Part shown: positions 1 to 9,324 of the stretch, piece by piece
How positions within the stretch are numbered: position 1 is the stretch's first letter
Layout: each line of letters opens with the position of its first letter
NCBI GenBank assembly: GCA_049695115.1
Contig: JBAVRP010000040.1
Location: 10,040 to 74,039 of the forward strand
Length of the DNA stretch: 64,000 nucleotides
Origin: Burkholderiales bacterium
GTDB taxonomy: Bacteria > Pseudomonadota > Gammaproteobacteria > Burkholderiales > JBEEJL01
Reading direction: 5' to 3'
Notes under the pieces: model-generated
Seen by the model: only the letters and a program-made list of their open reading frames with translations
The model's database searches: none
Told to the model about the DNA's origin: nothing
Translations under genes and position numbers: made by a program

Positions 1-631
1 CAAAATCTACCCAATCGCCTGGAATATCCACGCGCTGCACCATATCGACAAACTCATTCACTTGCGCAATGACAATGCCGCTTTTGAACGCGGTCGCCTC
101 AACAATCGCTGGTGTGTCTTCGGTATTGGCACCGGTATAAAGATTACCGAGCGCATCGGCGGCTTGCGCGCAGACCAGGGACACACGCGGTGTCAGATCG
201 ACGAAGTAGCGGCTGAATAATTCGAGGTAAGTGTGTATCGCGCCGATCTGAATTTGCCCAGCCAATACCATTTTGGCCAGACGCGCGCTTTGCGGGCCGG
301 AGAATGAGAAATCCAGCTTGGCTGCAATGCCATTTTCAAATATATCGAGATGCTCAGGCAAGGCCAGCACCGACTGCACCATGTGCAGGTCATGTATTTG
401 CGTGGGATCAAGTTGCGTCAGCGCGCGCGCGAGAAAATCGGCTTGCTTTTGATTATTGCCTTCAAGACAAATACGGTCGCCAGATTCGATCACTGCCGTT
501 AACAGTTTGCTTACGTCGCTTGGCTCCACATGTTTGCCATGCAAACTTGAGCCCATCGACGTAGCCGCGCGCGCCAGACGGCGCGCGCGGCTTTGTGCTT
601 GTAAATTCCAGGGTCTGCTGGGTGCATTCAT
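1..631 (-). CDS. mdcA: malonate decarboxylase alpha subunit (acetyl-ACP:malonate ACP transferase), N-terminal ~210 aa; gene continues beyond the left edge
   Basis: Not in the ORF track because it has no stop in the window. My own translation of the minus frame from ATG 631 (GGGAG 9 nt upstream) stays open to position 1. It reads MNAPSRPWNLQAQSRARRLA...KLLTAVIESGDRICLEGNNQKQADFLARAL...GAIHTYLELFSRYFVDLTPRV...NLYTGANTEDTPAIVEATAFK...VDIPGDWVDF, which matches MdcA as I remember it. Confidence 0.8.
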   Translation of the reverse strand, partial: MNAPSRPWNLQAQSRARRLARAATSMGSSLHGKHVEPSDVSKLLTAVIESGDRICLEGNNQKQADFLARALTQLDPTQIHDLHMVQSVLALPEHLDIFENGIAAKLDFSFSGPQSARLAKMVLAGQIQIGAIHTYLELFSRYFVDLTPRVSLVCAQAADALGNLYTGANTEDTPAIVEATAFKSGIVIAQVNEFVDMVQRVDIPGDWVDF

Positions 632-719
632 ACTGCATTGCTCCCATAACTAAGGTGAGGCAGAACTACTGCGACTTTCAGGAATAAGAATGCGATGAAA
701 CATTACTATCGAGGAGAAA

Positions 720-2060
720 TTAGCTGCCCTTGTAATGATTCGGTAACCAAAGGGCGATCTCAGGCACGAAACAAAGTAGCACTATGCCAAGCACCATCAA
801 TAACAAGAATGGCACCACGCCCCAGATAATTTCTTTCATTTTGATATCAGGTGCGATGCCGTTGATGACGAACAAATTTAGTCCCACTGGCGGATGAATT
901 AATCCCATTTCCATCAGGATAGTCATGACCACGCCGAACCAGATGAGATCAATGTGATGCACTTTGAGTGCGGGCAAAATGACTGGCGTCACCATTAAAA
1001 TAATCGCGACTGGCGGCAGAAAAAAGCCCAATACAATCAAAAGAATATTGACCCAAAAGAAAAACGCCCATTTTGATAGCGGCAATGCCACTAACCACTC
1101 AGCCAAACTTTGCGTGATGTGTAAATGGCTCATCACATAGGTGTATAGAAAACTCATTGCGATGATGAGCATAATCATCGAACTCTCGCGCACTGTGCCG
1201 TTGAGAATGACGCGCATGTCATTCCAACGCCAGCAGCCATACACTATCATCACCATTATCAACGCGGCGAAAGCGCCGATGCCTGCGACTTCTGACGGCG
1301 TGGCCCAACCGCCATACAGCGCGAACATAACCAGGAAAATCAAAATCAAAAACGGCAGCAAACGCGGCAAGGTTTCCAGACGCTGCGCCCAGGTGAATTG
1401 ATCTTGCTGCATTAACGCAGTAGTTTTTACATCGTCTCGATCCAAAGCCGCTTTTTTCTCGCGCTGATAACCTATCACTACCCACGCGGCGAATAAAATC
1501 GTGAGCAAAATGCCGGGGCCGACACCGGCCATGAATAATTTGCCGATCGATTGTTCCGACGCGAGGCCGTAGAGAATCAGCGTGAGCGATGGCGGAATCA
1601 AAATACCTAAAGTGCCGCCTGCCGCGATCAAGCCCGATGCGAGGCCGGACGAGTAACCACGCTTGCGCATTTCCGGAATACCGCTCGAGCCAATGGCCGA
1701 ACATGTTGCGGGACTGGAGCCACACATCGCGGCGAACACAGAACACGCGAGCACATTGGCGAGACCCAAGCCGCCGGGCACTCTATTGAGCCAACGATTG
1801 AGGGATGAATATAAATCGGCACCGGCGCGCGATTTGCCAATAGCCGCGCCCATCAAAATAAATAACGGAATGGTTAGCAGGGTGAAATTATCAAGCTCGC
1901 TGTAAATCGTATCCGCGACGATAGCGATGTTGCTCGCCGGCATGAAGATGAACATGAAGATCAGCGCGACGCTGCCGACGGCAAACGCGATAGGCATACC
2001 GCTGAACAAAAATAAAAATGTCGTGGCCCCGTAGAGCAAACCGATTTGCAGGTTGCTCAT
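720..2060 (-). CDS. dctM: TRAP transporter large permease subunit (DctM family)
   Basis: 446-aa polytopic membrane protein of typical DctM length and composition. Its ATG overlaps the dctQ stop (ATGA). It follows DctP and DctQ in the canonical order. Confidence 0.9.
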   Translation of the reverse strand: MSNLQIGLLYGATTFLFLFSGMPIAFAVGSVALIFMFIFMPASNIAIVADTIYSELDNFTLLTIPLFILMGAAIGKSRAGADLYSSLNRWLNRVPGGLGLANVLACSVFAAMCGSSPATCSAIGSSGIPEMRKRGYSSGLASGLIAAGGTLGILIPPSLTLILYGLASEQSIGKLFMAGVGPGILLTILFAAWVVIGYQREKKAALDRDDVKTTALMQQDQFTWAQRLETLPRLLPFLILIFLVMFALYGGWATPSEVAGIGAFAALIMVMIVYGCWRWNDMRVILNGTVRESSMIMLIIAMSFLYTYVMSHLHITQSLAEWLVALPLSKWAFFFWVNILLIVLGFFLPPVAIILMVTPVILPALKVHHIDLIWFGVVMTILMEMGLIHPPVGLNLFVINGIAPDIKMKEIIWGVVPFLLLMVLGIVLLCFVPEIALWLPNHYKGS

Positions 2061-2593
2061 TCTCCCGCTACCTCTGTCATTTTGCCGTGATCAACTAATT
2101 GCGTACCGGAAAGATCTTCAACAAATTGAATCAGCATTTGCAACGACAAGGTCGTCATGCCGAGCGCCATGAAAGAATACGGAATCCACATTTTCGGCGC
2201 CCATGTGCTGTTCGACACTTTGTCTTCACTCCACGCTTCGTGGAACAACTCCCAGCTTTTGTATGCAATGAAGGCGCAAAATAAAATCGACAGTACATCG
2301 GCGATTATGCGTCGCACACGGTTTGCTTTTGGGGACAACACGCCTTGCATCACCTCTATCGACACATGGCCTTTGGTGAGTTGCGTGTACGCCGCGCTCA
2401 TGAAAGTAGAAATGATAAGCAGCATGACCGAGAATTCGATTTCCCAATCCGTCGGCCATGCATACACATAACGTACTACAACTTCAAACACCAACACGCC
2501 AGCGGCGAGCACGACGGCGAACGCCGACAGCGTGCCCATCCAGGTGTTAAAGCGGGTGATGACTGCTGCGGCCGTACGCCATGCTGGAAACAT
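2057..2593 (-). CDS. dctQ: TRAP transporter small permease subunit (DctQ family)
   Basis: 178-aa protein with four hydrophobic segments, lying between the DctP-like and DctM-like genes. The stop overlaps the dctM start. Confidence 0.85.
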   Translation of the reverse strand: MFPAWRTAAAVITRFNTWMGTLSAFAVVLAAGVLVFEVVVRYVYAWPTDWEIEFSVMLLIISTFMSAAYTQLTKGHVSIEVMQGVLSPKANRVRRIIADVLSILFCAFIAYKSWELFHEAWSEDKVSNSTWAPKMWIPYSFMALGMTTLSLQMLIQFVEDLSGTQLVDHGKMTEVAGE

Positions 2594-2600
2594 AAAAAAC

Positions 2601-2620
2601 CCAATATATTCAAATAGTTA
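2601..2620 (-). promoter_or_regulatory. AT-rich box copy (gene orientation TAACTATTTGAATATATTGG) before dctQ
   Basis: It lies 7-8 nt upstream of the dctQ ATG, inside the dctP-dctQ spacer. Confidence 0.5.
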
Positions 2621-2623
2621 AAA

Positions 2624-3631
2624 TTATTTAACCGATTCAGCCAAATCGAGCAAAGCTTTACCGTTTTTTACGTTGTCGGCAAAATCTTTCCAAGCACTGG
2701 TTTTGGCAAGTTCGCGCCATTGATTAAAAGCCGCTTCGTCCATGTCAGCAGCTTTCGCGCCGGCTTTGCTGAACACATCGACCATTTGCTGATCGTCTTT
2801 TTTGGATTCTTCCATGCCGAATTTTTCCAAACTCGCGCCAACTTCCATGATAGTTTTTTGTTCAGCTGGCGTGAGTCGATCGTAAGCCGCTTTGGAAATC
2901 AGTAACGGCTCTAACATAAACCAGAAAGTTTTATTGCGCGCGCTGGTGACGTTTTTGGTGAACTCGTTCAAGCGGAAAGTAATCAACGAAGTCGAGGATG
3001 TGACGGCTGCATCGAGCACGCCCGATTGCATCGCGTTATACACTTCTGACGACGGCATCGCGGTGACGGCCGCGCCTGCGGATTTCAACATCAAATCCAT
3101 TTCCTTGCTACCGCCGCGAATTTTCATGCCTTTTACGTCGTCAGGCTTTATAACGGGACCTTTCGTGCTGGCGATGCCGCCGCCCTGCCAGATCCAGGTG
3201 ACGAATTTGATATTTTTATCTTCCAATGCCCTTGACAATTCTCTGCCTATGGGCGCCTCTTTCCAGCGCAGGCCTTGCTCGTAACTGGTGACTAAGGTCG
3301 GCATCAGGCCGATATTGGTTTCAGGAATCTCACCGCCGCCGTAAGCCAAAGGCACTAGTGACATATCGAGCGCGCCTTTTCGCAATGCGCCGATCTGGCT
3401 ATTGGTTTTTACCAGTGAACTGGCGGGGTATATTTCGACTTTGAGCGAACCGTTGCTGCGTTTTTCCACTTCGGCTGCAAACTTGCGGCACAGACGATCG
3501 CGAAAGTCGCCGTCATCTATTGAGCCCGCAGGGAACTGATGGGAAATTTTCAGGGTTTTGGTTTCAGCAAAGGCGTGGCCAGCAGTAATAAGCGCGGCCA
3601 GAATCAGCGCGCGCGTGATGAACTTATACAT
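2624..3631 (-). CDS. dctP: TRAP transporter periplasmic solute-binding protein (DctP family)
   Basis: 335 aa with an N-terminal signal peptide (MYKFITRALILAALITAGHAFA). DctP-like body and position ahead of dctQM. Confidence 0.9.
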   Translation of the reverse strand: MYKFITRALILAALITAGHAFAETKTLKISHQFPAGSIDDGDFRDRLCRKFAAEVEKRSNGSLKVEIYPASSLVKTNSQIGALRKGALDMSLVPLAYGGGEIPETNIGLMPTLVTSYEQGLRWKEAPIGRELSRALEDKNIKFVTWIWQGGGIASTKGPVIKPDDVKGMKIRGGSKEMDLMLKSAGAAVTAMPSSEVYNAMQSGVLDAAVTSSTSLITFRLNEFTKNVTSARNKTFWFMLEPLLISKAAYDRLTPAEQKTIMEVGASLEKFGMEESKKDDQQMVDVFSKAGAKAADMDEAAFNQWRELAKTSAWKDFADNVKNGKALLDLAESVK

Positions 3632-3669
3632 GGCGTCTCCTAGAAGTTGGTCAATAAATGTTGCGGTGC

Positions 3670-3698
3670 ATTATAATTTTATGCTGCACTGCATGTAA
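3670..3698 (-). promoter_or_regulatory. candidate sigma70 promoter for dctPQM(-mdc)
   Basis: In gene orientation it reads TTACAT-17 nt-TATAAT, about 35 nt upstream of the dctP ATG. The spacer contains the quasi-palindrome ATGCAGTGCAGCAT, a possible operator. Confidence 0.45.
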
Positions 3699-3772
3699 TT
3701 ATTTTTATATGCGGCTCAGGGTAGCCGTGCGTCGTTACTCTGTCAACTAATACTTATTAATTGTGATTGAAA

Positions 3773-5059
3773 TCAACCACGCAATTGTTGCTCCGCCCAC
3801 CTCGCCGCCGATAACAAGCGCGCATCGTTGTGCATGCGCGCAACGAGTTGCACGCCCAAAGGTAAATTGCCAGGTCCAGCGCCAACAGGTAACGTAATCG
3901 CGGGCGTATGTAGAAAAGTCCAGTTGCTGTCAAACACTGGACTGCCAGTAGATTCCAATCCTTGAGGCGCTTCGCCCGGCGTGCTCGGTGTGAGCAACAC
4001 GTCGTAATCGCGGAAAATTTGTCGCATCAGCGCGCGGCATTTTGCGCCGGTTGCTTGCGCTTTGTCGTAGGTCGCAGGCGTGGCGGCATAACCATCGCGC
4101 AACAATTCTTTCAATTTATGCGACAGGCGCGCGCGATGTTCGCGCCATTCATAACCGTAGGCACGAGCAGATTCGTAAGCCTGCACAATTTTTTGCGCTT
4201 CGAGCAAATCGGCAAACTCCGCCGGCAGTTTAATTTCTTTCACCTGCGCGCCGCGTTGCGCGAGGTGATACGCGACATGTTCCAGCGCCGCGCCGGTTTC
4301 CGGCAGGGCATGACGCCACTCATAGGTATGGCAAAGCCCGATGCGCAAAATGCCATCGACCGGCCGCACATTGCGCAAATAAAAACGATCCGTCACTGCC
4401 GCAGTGAATAGCGCAACGTCGTCAACACAACGCGCCATGACGCCGATAGTATCAAGGCTTTCCGCTTCTGATTTCACACCGGCGCGATTGATGAGGTTAA
4501 ACGTCGGCTTGAAACCAACAACGCCGCAAAAAGCGGCGGGCCGCAACACCGAGCCGCCAGTCTGCGTACCGAATGCCAAAGGCACCATACAATCTGCAAC
4601 AGCGGCCGCTGATCCGCTCGACGAACCGCCGGGCGTGTGATTCAGTTTTAATGGATTGCGTGTTTTGCCGGGGCCGAAATATGCCAGCTCGGTCGTTACT
4701 GTTTTGCCCAAAATAATGCCGCCCGCATGTCGCACAGCGTTGACGCACGCCGCATCCCAATGGGGTTGATTGCCCGCATATATAGGCGTGCCGTATTCGG
4801 TCGGCATATCGACCGTGTCGATAATATCTTTCACGCCGACGGGAATGCCGTGCAGCAATCCGCGCGAGGGATTCTGGTCACGCGCGCGCGCTTGCTCCAG
4901 CGCCTGCGCTTCGTTGAAATACGCCCACGCGCCGACATCTTTTTCGCGCGCGTCGATGCGCTCGATACAAGCGCGGACCAGTTTTTCCGCAGTCAACTTG
5001 CCTTCATGTATAAGCGTTACTGCTTCTGTGGCGGTAAGCTGATTGGCTGGTTTCTTCAT
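3773..5059 (-). CDS. amidase-signature family amidase (malonamidase-E2-like by memory)
   Basis: 428 aa with the amidase signature GGSSSGSAAAVA and the GVKDIIDT / GTQTGGSVLRPAAFCG blocks. ATG is preceded by GGGGAG. Confidence 0.85.
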   Translation of the reverse strand: MKKPANQLTATEAVTLIHEGKLTAEKLVRACIERIDAREKDVGAWAYFNEAQALEQARARDQNPSRGLLHGIPVGVKDIIDTVDMPTEYGTPIYAGNQPHWDAACVNAVRHAGGIILGKTVTTELAYFGPGKTRNPLKLNHTPGGSSSGSAAAVADCMVPLAFGTQTGGSVLRPAAFCGVVGFKPTFNLINRAGVKSEAESLDTIGVMARCVDDVALFTAAVTDRFYLRNVRPVDGILRIGLCHTYEWRHALPETGAALEHVAYHLAQRGAQVKEIKLPAEFADLLEAQKIVQAYESARAYGYEWREHRARLSHKLKELLRDGYAATPATYDKAQATGAKCRALMRQIFRDYDVLLTPSTPGEAPQGLESTGSPVFDSNWTFLHTPAITLPVGAGPGNLPLGVQLVARMHNDARLLSAARWAEQQLRG

Positions 5060-5150
5060 TCGCTCCCCTTTTGCTTGCGTCGTCGCTATTCAGTCTGTAT
5101 AAAATACTACGAGCCGCGTGTTCGCTCATATTAAACTATTGGGGGTGTCC

Positions 5151-5576
5151 ATGAATTATGCCAAGATCCTGATTGCTGGTTTGTTGGGAATATCCTGCGC
5201 CGCACAAGCACAAACCTCGGTTAATGCCACCATCGGCGGCGTGCTTGCGCCCGGTGTCTATGGCCGCGTCGACGTCAGTAACGGCGTTATCCCGCCATTG
5301 ATTTATCCACAACCCGTCATCATCGCGCCTGTCGCGGTCGCGCCTCCGCCGCTTTACATGCATGTGCCGCCGGGCCATGCGAAAAAATGGCGCAAGCATT
5401 GCCACAAATACAACGCCTGCGGCACACCGGTATATTTCGTCCAGGCCAATTATGCAGGGCCGCATAGCTACCCCGTGCAACCGGTTTACGTCGAACAGAA
5501 AGGTAAACACAAACCTAAAAAACACCACGACGATGACCATGGTGAAGGCCATGGTAACGGTAAACATAAGCACTAA
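5151..5576 (+). CDS. secreted Pro-rich protein with His-rich C-terminal tail (hypothetical)
   Basis: ATG at 5151 after GGGGG. Signal peptide MNYAKILIAGLLGISCAAQA, a Pro/Val-rich middle, the block PGHAKKWRKHCHKYNACGTPVYFV, and the tail KGKHKPKKHHDDDHGEGHGNGKHKH. Followed by a strong terminator. Confidence 0.6.
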   Translation: MNYAKILIAGLLGISCAAQAQTSVNATIGGVLAPGVYGRVDVSNGVIPPLIYPQPVIIAPVAVAPPPLYMHVPPGHAKKWRKHCHKYNACGTPVYFVQANYAGPHSYPVQPVYVEQKGKHKPKKHHDDDHGEGHGNGKHKH

Positions 5577-5599
5577 ACTGTTTTCGATTTTTTAAATAC

Positions 5600-5629
5600 A
5601 AAACGGCGCAATGATATTGCGCCGTTTTT
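5600..5629. terminator. intrinsic terminator (usable in both directions)
   Basis: AAACGGCGCAAT-GAT-ATTGCGCCGTTT forms a perfect 12-bp stem flanked by an A-run and a T-run. It lies between the His-rich gene and purC. Confidence 0.7.
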
Positions 5630-5656
5630 GCTTTACATTGTGTATTTGCCGGCCAC

Positions 5657-5738
5657 GTAGGGCAGGTCCCACCCGCCACCAAAAAAAGCACGAAGTGAAG
5701 CAACTTATTTTTTCGGCGGCGGGTGTTACCCGTCCTAC
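5657..5738. repeat. inverted pair of GTAG-headed REP-like units (BIME-like)
   Basis: Left arm GTAGGGCAGGTCCCACCCGCCACCAAAAAAA. The right arm's reverse complement is GTAGGACGGGTAACACCCGCCGCCGAAAAAA. The spacer is about 20 nt. The right arm covers the purC stop codon. Confidence 0.6.
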
Positions 5739-6604
5739 TGGGTCAATCGTGTTAATGCTTCACGATATTTTTCCGCCGTCTTCGCCGCAATGTCCGCAGG
5801 CACTTCTGGCGCGGGCGGTTGTTTGTTCCAGCCTGAACTCTCCAGCCAGTTGCGCAGGAATTGTTTGTCAAAACTCTGCGGGCTCTCTCCCACTTTATAG
5901 CTCTCCACCGGCCAGAAGCGCGACGAATCCGGCGTCAGCACTTCGTCGATCAGATGCAGCGTGCCTTGTTCATCAAGGCCGAATTCAAATTTGGTATCGG
6001 CGATAATAATGCCGCGCGTCAGCGCATAATCCGCCGCCGTAATATAAAGTTTGATTGCCACATCGCGCACTTTCGCCGCCATTTCTTTACCGAGCAATCT
6101 TTCTGCTTCGGCAAAATCTATATTCTCATCGTGCATTCCCGCGGCGGCCTTGGTCGAAGGCGTGAATATCGGCTGCGGTAATTTTTCCGCACGACGTAAA
6201 CCGGCCGGCAGGGCGATGCCGCAGATGCATTGCGTTTTCTGATATTCTTTCCAGCCCGAACCTTCTATGTAGCCGCGCACCACCGCCTCGATTGGCAATG
6301 GCTTCAGGCGCTTGACCACAATGGCGCGGCCCGCAACCTGGTCAACTTCTTCCGGCTTCACCACGCTTTCAGGCGCAATGCCGGTGAGTTGGTTGGGAAT
6401 AATATGTTCGAGTTTTTTGAACCAGAAACCCGCCAGCGCGTTGAGAATTTTTCCCTTGTCGTGAATCGGCGTTGCCATCACCACATCGAACGCAGATAAG
6501 CGATCAGTAGTGACAATTAATAAATGTTTAGCGTTGACGGCGTAAAGATCGCGCACTTTGCCGCGGTTAAGTAGTGAGAGAGATTTGATATAGGAGTTAA
6601 ACAC
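5735..6604 (-). CDS. purC: phosphoribosylaminoimidazole-succinocarboxamide synthase
   Basis: 289 aa with [21 protein letters not shown] and [10 protein letters not shown] motifs. It appears to start at GTG 6604 (AAGGA 5 nt upstream). Confidence 0.95.
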   Translation of the reverse strand: MFNSYIKSLSLLNRGKVRDLYAVNAKHLLIVTTDRLSAFDVVMATPIHDKGKILNALAGFWFKKLEHIIPNQLTGIAPESVVKPEEVDQVAGRAIVVKRLKPLPIEAVVRGYIEGSGWKEYQKTQCICGIALPAGLRRAEKLPQPIFTPSTKAAAGMHDENIDFAEAERLLGKEMAAKVRDVAIKLYITAADYALTRGIIIADTKFEFGLDEQGTLHLIDEVLTPDSSRFWPVESYKVGESPQSFDKQFLRNWLESSGWNKQPPAPEVPADIAAKTAEKYREALTRLTQ

Positions 6605-6623
6605 TTAAGTCCTTGGAAAGCCG

Positions 6624-6710
6624 CCACCCCTGCGTAGGCGGGGATCCAGTGGGGGAAAATGAAAAATGCGTTTTGTTTTTAGCTGGATGCCCGCCAACGC
6701 GGGAACGAGG
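6624..6710. repeat. palindromic intergenic element (CCCGC-loop-GCGGG-ATCCAG type arms)
   Basis: Left arm CACCCCTGCGTAGGCGGGGATCCAG. The right arm's reverse complement is CGTTCCCGCGTTGGCGGGCATCCAG. Each arm has its own small hairpin. Confidence 0.6.
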
Positions 6711-6732
6711 GATTAATTTATTGATTCAGATT

Positions 6733-7797
6733 TTAATTCACTACCGCCCTTAATTCGCCCTTGGAATATTTTTCCGCAATCGAATACAGCGGCATCACTT
6801 TTATTTTCGATGCTTGTCCGGCAGAGCCGAATTGTTGGTAACGCTGTTTGCAAATCTCCTTCGCTGCTGCTGTAGCCGGCTTGAGGTAGTCGCGCGGATC
6901 GAATTTACTGGGGTTTTCTGCCAGGTATTTGCGTATCGCCGCAGTCATGGCCAAACGAATATCGGTATCGATATTGATTTTGCGCACGCCGTGTTTGATG
7001 CCTTGCTGAATTTCCTCCACCGGCACGCCGTAAGTTTCTTTCATCTCGCCGCCGTTGTCGCGGATGATTTTGAGCAAATCCTGCGGCACGCTCGACGAAC
7101 CGTGCATCACCAGATGCGTATTCGGAATACGTTTGTGGATTTCCTTAATTCGTTCAATGGCAAGAATATCGCCTGTGGGCTTGCGTGTGAATTTGTACGC
7201 GCCGTGCGAGGTGCCGATAGCGATGGCCAGCGCGTCGCATTGAGTTTTGTTCACAAAATCTGCCGCTTGCTCCGGATCGGTCAGCAACGTTTCGCGTGTC
7301 ATGGTGGCGTCGGTACCGTGGCCGTCTTCCTTGTCGCCCTTCATGGTCTCCAACGAACCCAAACAACCAAGCTCACCCTCGACAGTAATGCCAAGCGCAT
7401 GCGACATTTCGACCACTTTGCGCGTGACATCGACGTTGTAATCGTAGCTGGCGATGGTTTTGCCGTCGGCCATGAGCGAACCGTCCATCATCACGCTGGA
7501 AAATCCACTACGTATCGCCGTCAGACAAACCGCCGGCGATTGGCCGTGGTCCTGATGCATCACGACGGGAATGTGCGGATAACTTTCAATCGCAGCTTCA
7601 ATCAAGTGGCGCAGAAACGCTTCGCCCGCATATTTGCGCGCGCCCGCGCTCGCCTGCATGATCACCGGACTGTTAAGCTCATCCGCCGCCTGCATGATGG
7701 CTTGAATCTGTTCCAGATTGTTGACATTGAATGCGGGCAGGCCGTAACCGTTTTCTGCCGCATGATCGAGAAGTTGACGCATAGAAACGAGTGCCAT
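6733..7797 (-). CDS. fba: class II fructose-bisphosphate aldolase
   Basis: 354 aa starting [27 protein letters not shown], with HQDHG and the His-rich Zn-site blocks typical of class II FBA. Confidence 0.95.
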   Translation of the reverse strand: MALVSMRQLLDHAAENGYGLPAFNVNNLEQIQAIMQAADELNSPVIMQASAGARKYAGEAFLRHLIEAAIESYPHIPVVMHQDHGQSPAVCLTAIRSGFSSVMMDGSLMADGKTIASYDYNVDVTRKVVEMSHALGITVEGELGCLGSLETMKGDKEDGHGTDATMTRETLLTDPEQAADFVNKTQCDALAIAIGTSHGAYKFTRKPTGDILAIERIKEIHKRIPNTHLVMHGSSSVPQDLLKIIRDNGGEMKETYGVPVEEIQQGIKHGVRKINIDTDIRLAMTAAIRKYLAENPSKFDPRDYLKPATAAAKEICKQRYQQFGSAGQASKIKVMPLYSIAEKYSKGELRAVVN

Positions 7798-7814
7798 AAT
7801 ATCTCCTAAAGTTT

Positions 7815-7833
7815 CAATATAATCAAATAGTTA
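7815..7833 (-). promoter_or_regulatory. AT-rich box copy (TAACTATTTGATTATATTG) before fba
   Basis: Exact consensus, 17 nt upstream of the fba ATG. Confidence 0.55.
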
Positions 7834-7879
7834 CAATATTTACTCAACTGATGCTTTCACTATAGTTCATGTAGAAAAT

Positions 7880-9313
7880 TTATGCGCGACGATGCTCGCC
7901 GACCTTTACAATTTTCATGGTATTCGTCCCACCCGCTTTGCCGAACGGTTCGCCTATGGTGATGATTATATAGTCACCGATTTGCACCGCACCTTGGCGC
8001 TTGAGTTCGTCCTCTGCCGCATTCAACACTTCTTCCGCATCACGCGAAGACACGTCGAAACGCACCGGAAACACGCCGCGAAAACATGTGACCTTGCGCC
8101 GTGTTTCAGTAAGCGGCGTGAGCGCATAAATCGGCGCGTTAATATTCATGCGTGATACCAGTAACGCCGTCATGCCGGATTGCGTCAGTGCGGCGACCGC
8201 CTTGATGTCCATGTTGCTCGCCGTAAACACCACAGCATTGGCAATCGAGCTTTCCATTTTATTGTTGCCAGAAATACTATGACGGCGATCCTGGGTTGGC
8301 GCATGTTCTTTTTCCGCTTCCAGGCATACGCGGGCCATGGCAGCGATGGCCTGCACGGGGTAGGCGCCCGCAGCGGTTTCAGCCGACAACATTACCGAAT
8401 CGGTGCCGTCGAGCACGGCATTGGCCACGTCGGATACTTCTGCCCGGGTAGGAATCGGGCTGGCGATCATCGACTCCATCATTTGTGTCGCGGTAATGAC
8501 GAATTTATTTTTTGCCCGCGCCGCCTTGATCATTTTTTTCTGCAACCCCGGCACGGCAGCGTCGCCGACCTCTACAGCCAAATCGCCCCGCGCCACCATA
8601 ATGCCGTCGCTGGCATCGAGAATGCCCTCCAGCGCCGGAATCGCTTCGGCGCGTTCTATTTTTGCGACAAGTTGGCTTTTGCCACCGGCTGCAATCATCA
8701 AATCCCGCGCCAGTTGCATGTCGATGCCCGAACGGGGAAACGACACGGCGAGAAAATCCGCCTTGATCAGCGCCGCAGTTTTGATATCCTCTATGTCCTT
8801 GTCGGTCAGCGCTGGCGCTGTCAATCCGCCGCCGCGGCGATTAATGCCCTTGTTATTTTTGAGCACGCCGCCGTGTTCGACTACGGTATGGATTTCCGCG
8901 CCCTTTACCGCCTTAACGCTTATAGTGATCAGGCCATCGTCGAGCAGCAGGATATCGCCGACGCTCACGTCGCCGGGCAATTCCTTGTAATCCAGCCCGG
9001 CGCTCTGCTGGTTACCCAACTCGCAATTGGCATCAAGGATAAAAGCATCGCCCGTTTTAAGGGTAATTTTACCGTCGGCGAATTTGCCCACGCGGATTTT
9101 CGGTCCCTGCAAATCGGCCATCACACCGACGGTACGTCCATGCTCTTTCGCTATCGCGCGCACCAGCTCGGCACGGGCGATGTGATCTTCTTTCACACCA
9201 TGGGAAAAATTCATGCGCACCACATCAACGCCGGCGATGATCATTTTTTCCAGTACGCCTCGATCATTCGATGCAGGGCCGAGGGTGGCGACAATTTTGG
9301 TTTTACGTAACAT
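7880..9313 (-). CDS. pyk: pyruvate kinase
   Basis: 477 aa with TKIVATLGPAS, MNFSHG and MVARGDLAVE motifs. Confidence 0.95.
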   Translation of the reverse strand: MLRKTKIVATLGPASNDRGVLEKMIIAGVDVVRMNFSHGVKEDHIARAELVRAIAKEHGRTVGVMADLQGPKIRVGKFADGKITLKTGDAFILDANCELGNQQSAGLDYKELPGDVSVGDILLLDDGLITISVKAVKGAEIHTVVEHGGVLKNNKGINRRGGGLTAPALTDKDIEDIKTAALIKADFLAVSFPRSGIDMQLARDLMIAAGGKSQLVAKIERAEAIPALEGILDASDGIMVARGDLAVEVGDAAVPGLQKKMIKAARAKNKFVITATQMMESMIASPIPTRAEVSDVANAVLDGTDSVMLSAETAAGAYPVQAIAAMARVCLEAEKEHAPTQDRRHSISGNNKMESSIANAVVFTASNMDIKAVAALTQSGMTALLVSRMNINAPIYALTPLTETRRKVTCFRGVFPVRFDVSSRDAEEVLNAAEDELKRQGAVQIGDYIIITIGEPFGKAGGTNTMKIVKVGEHRRA

Positions 9314-9324
9314 GAATACTTTCT

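Noticed and set aside
563-592. A perfect 13-bp GC-only palindrome (AGCCGCGCGCGCC-AGAC-GGCGCGCGCGGCT), preceded by GTAG, inside the first 25 codons of mdcA. I considered whether a REP was inserted in the coding sequence or whether it is an attenuator.
   Set aside because: It encodes the Arg/Ala-rich stretch (SRARRLARAA) that corresponds to a basic N-terminal segment I remember in other MdcA proteins, and the frame is undisturbed. It is most likely a by-product of Arg/Ala codons. It has no similarity to the RAYT-linked REP body.
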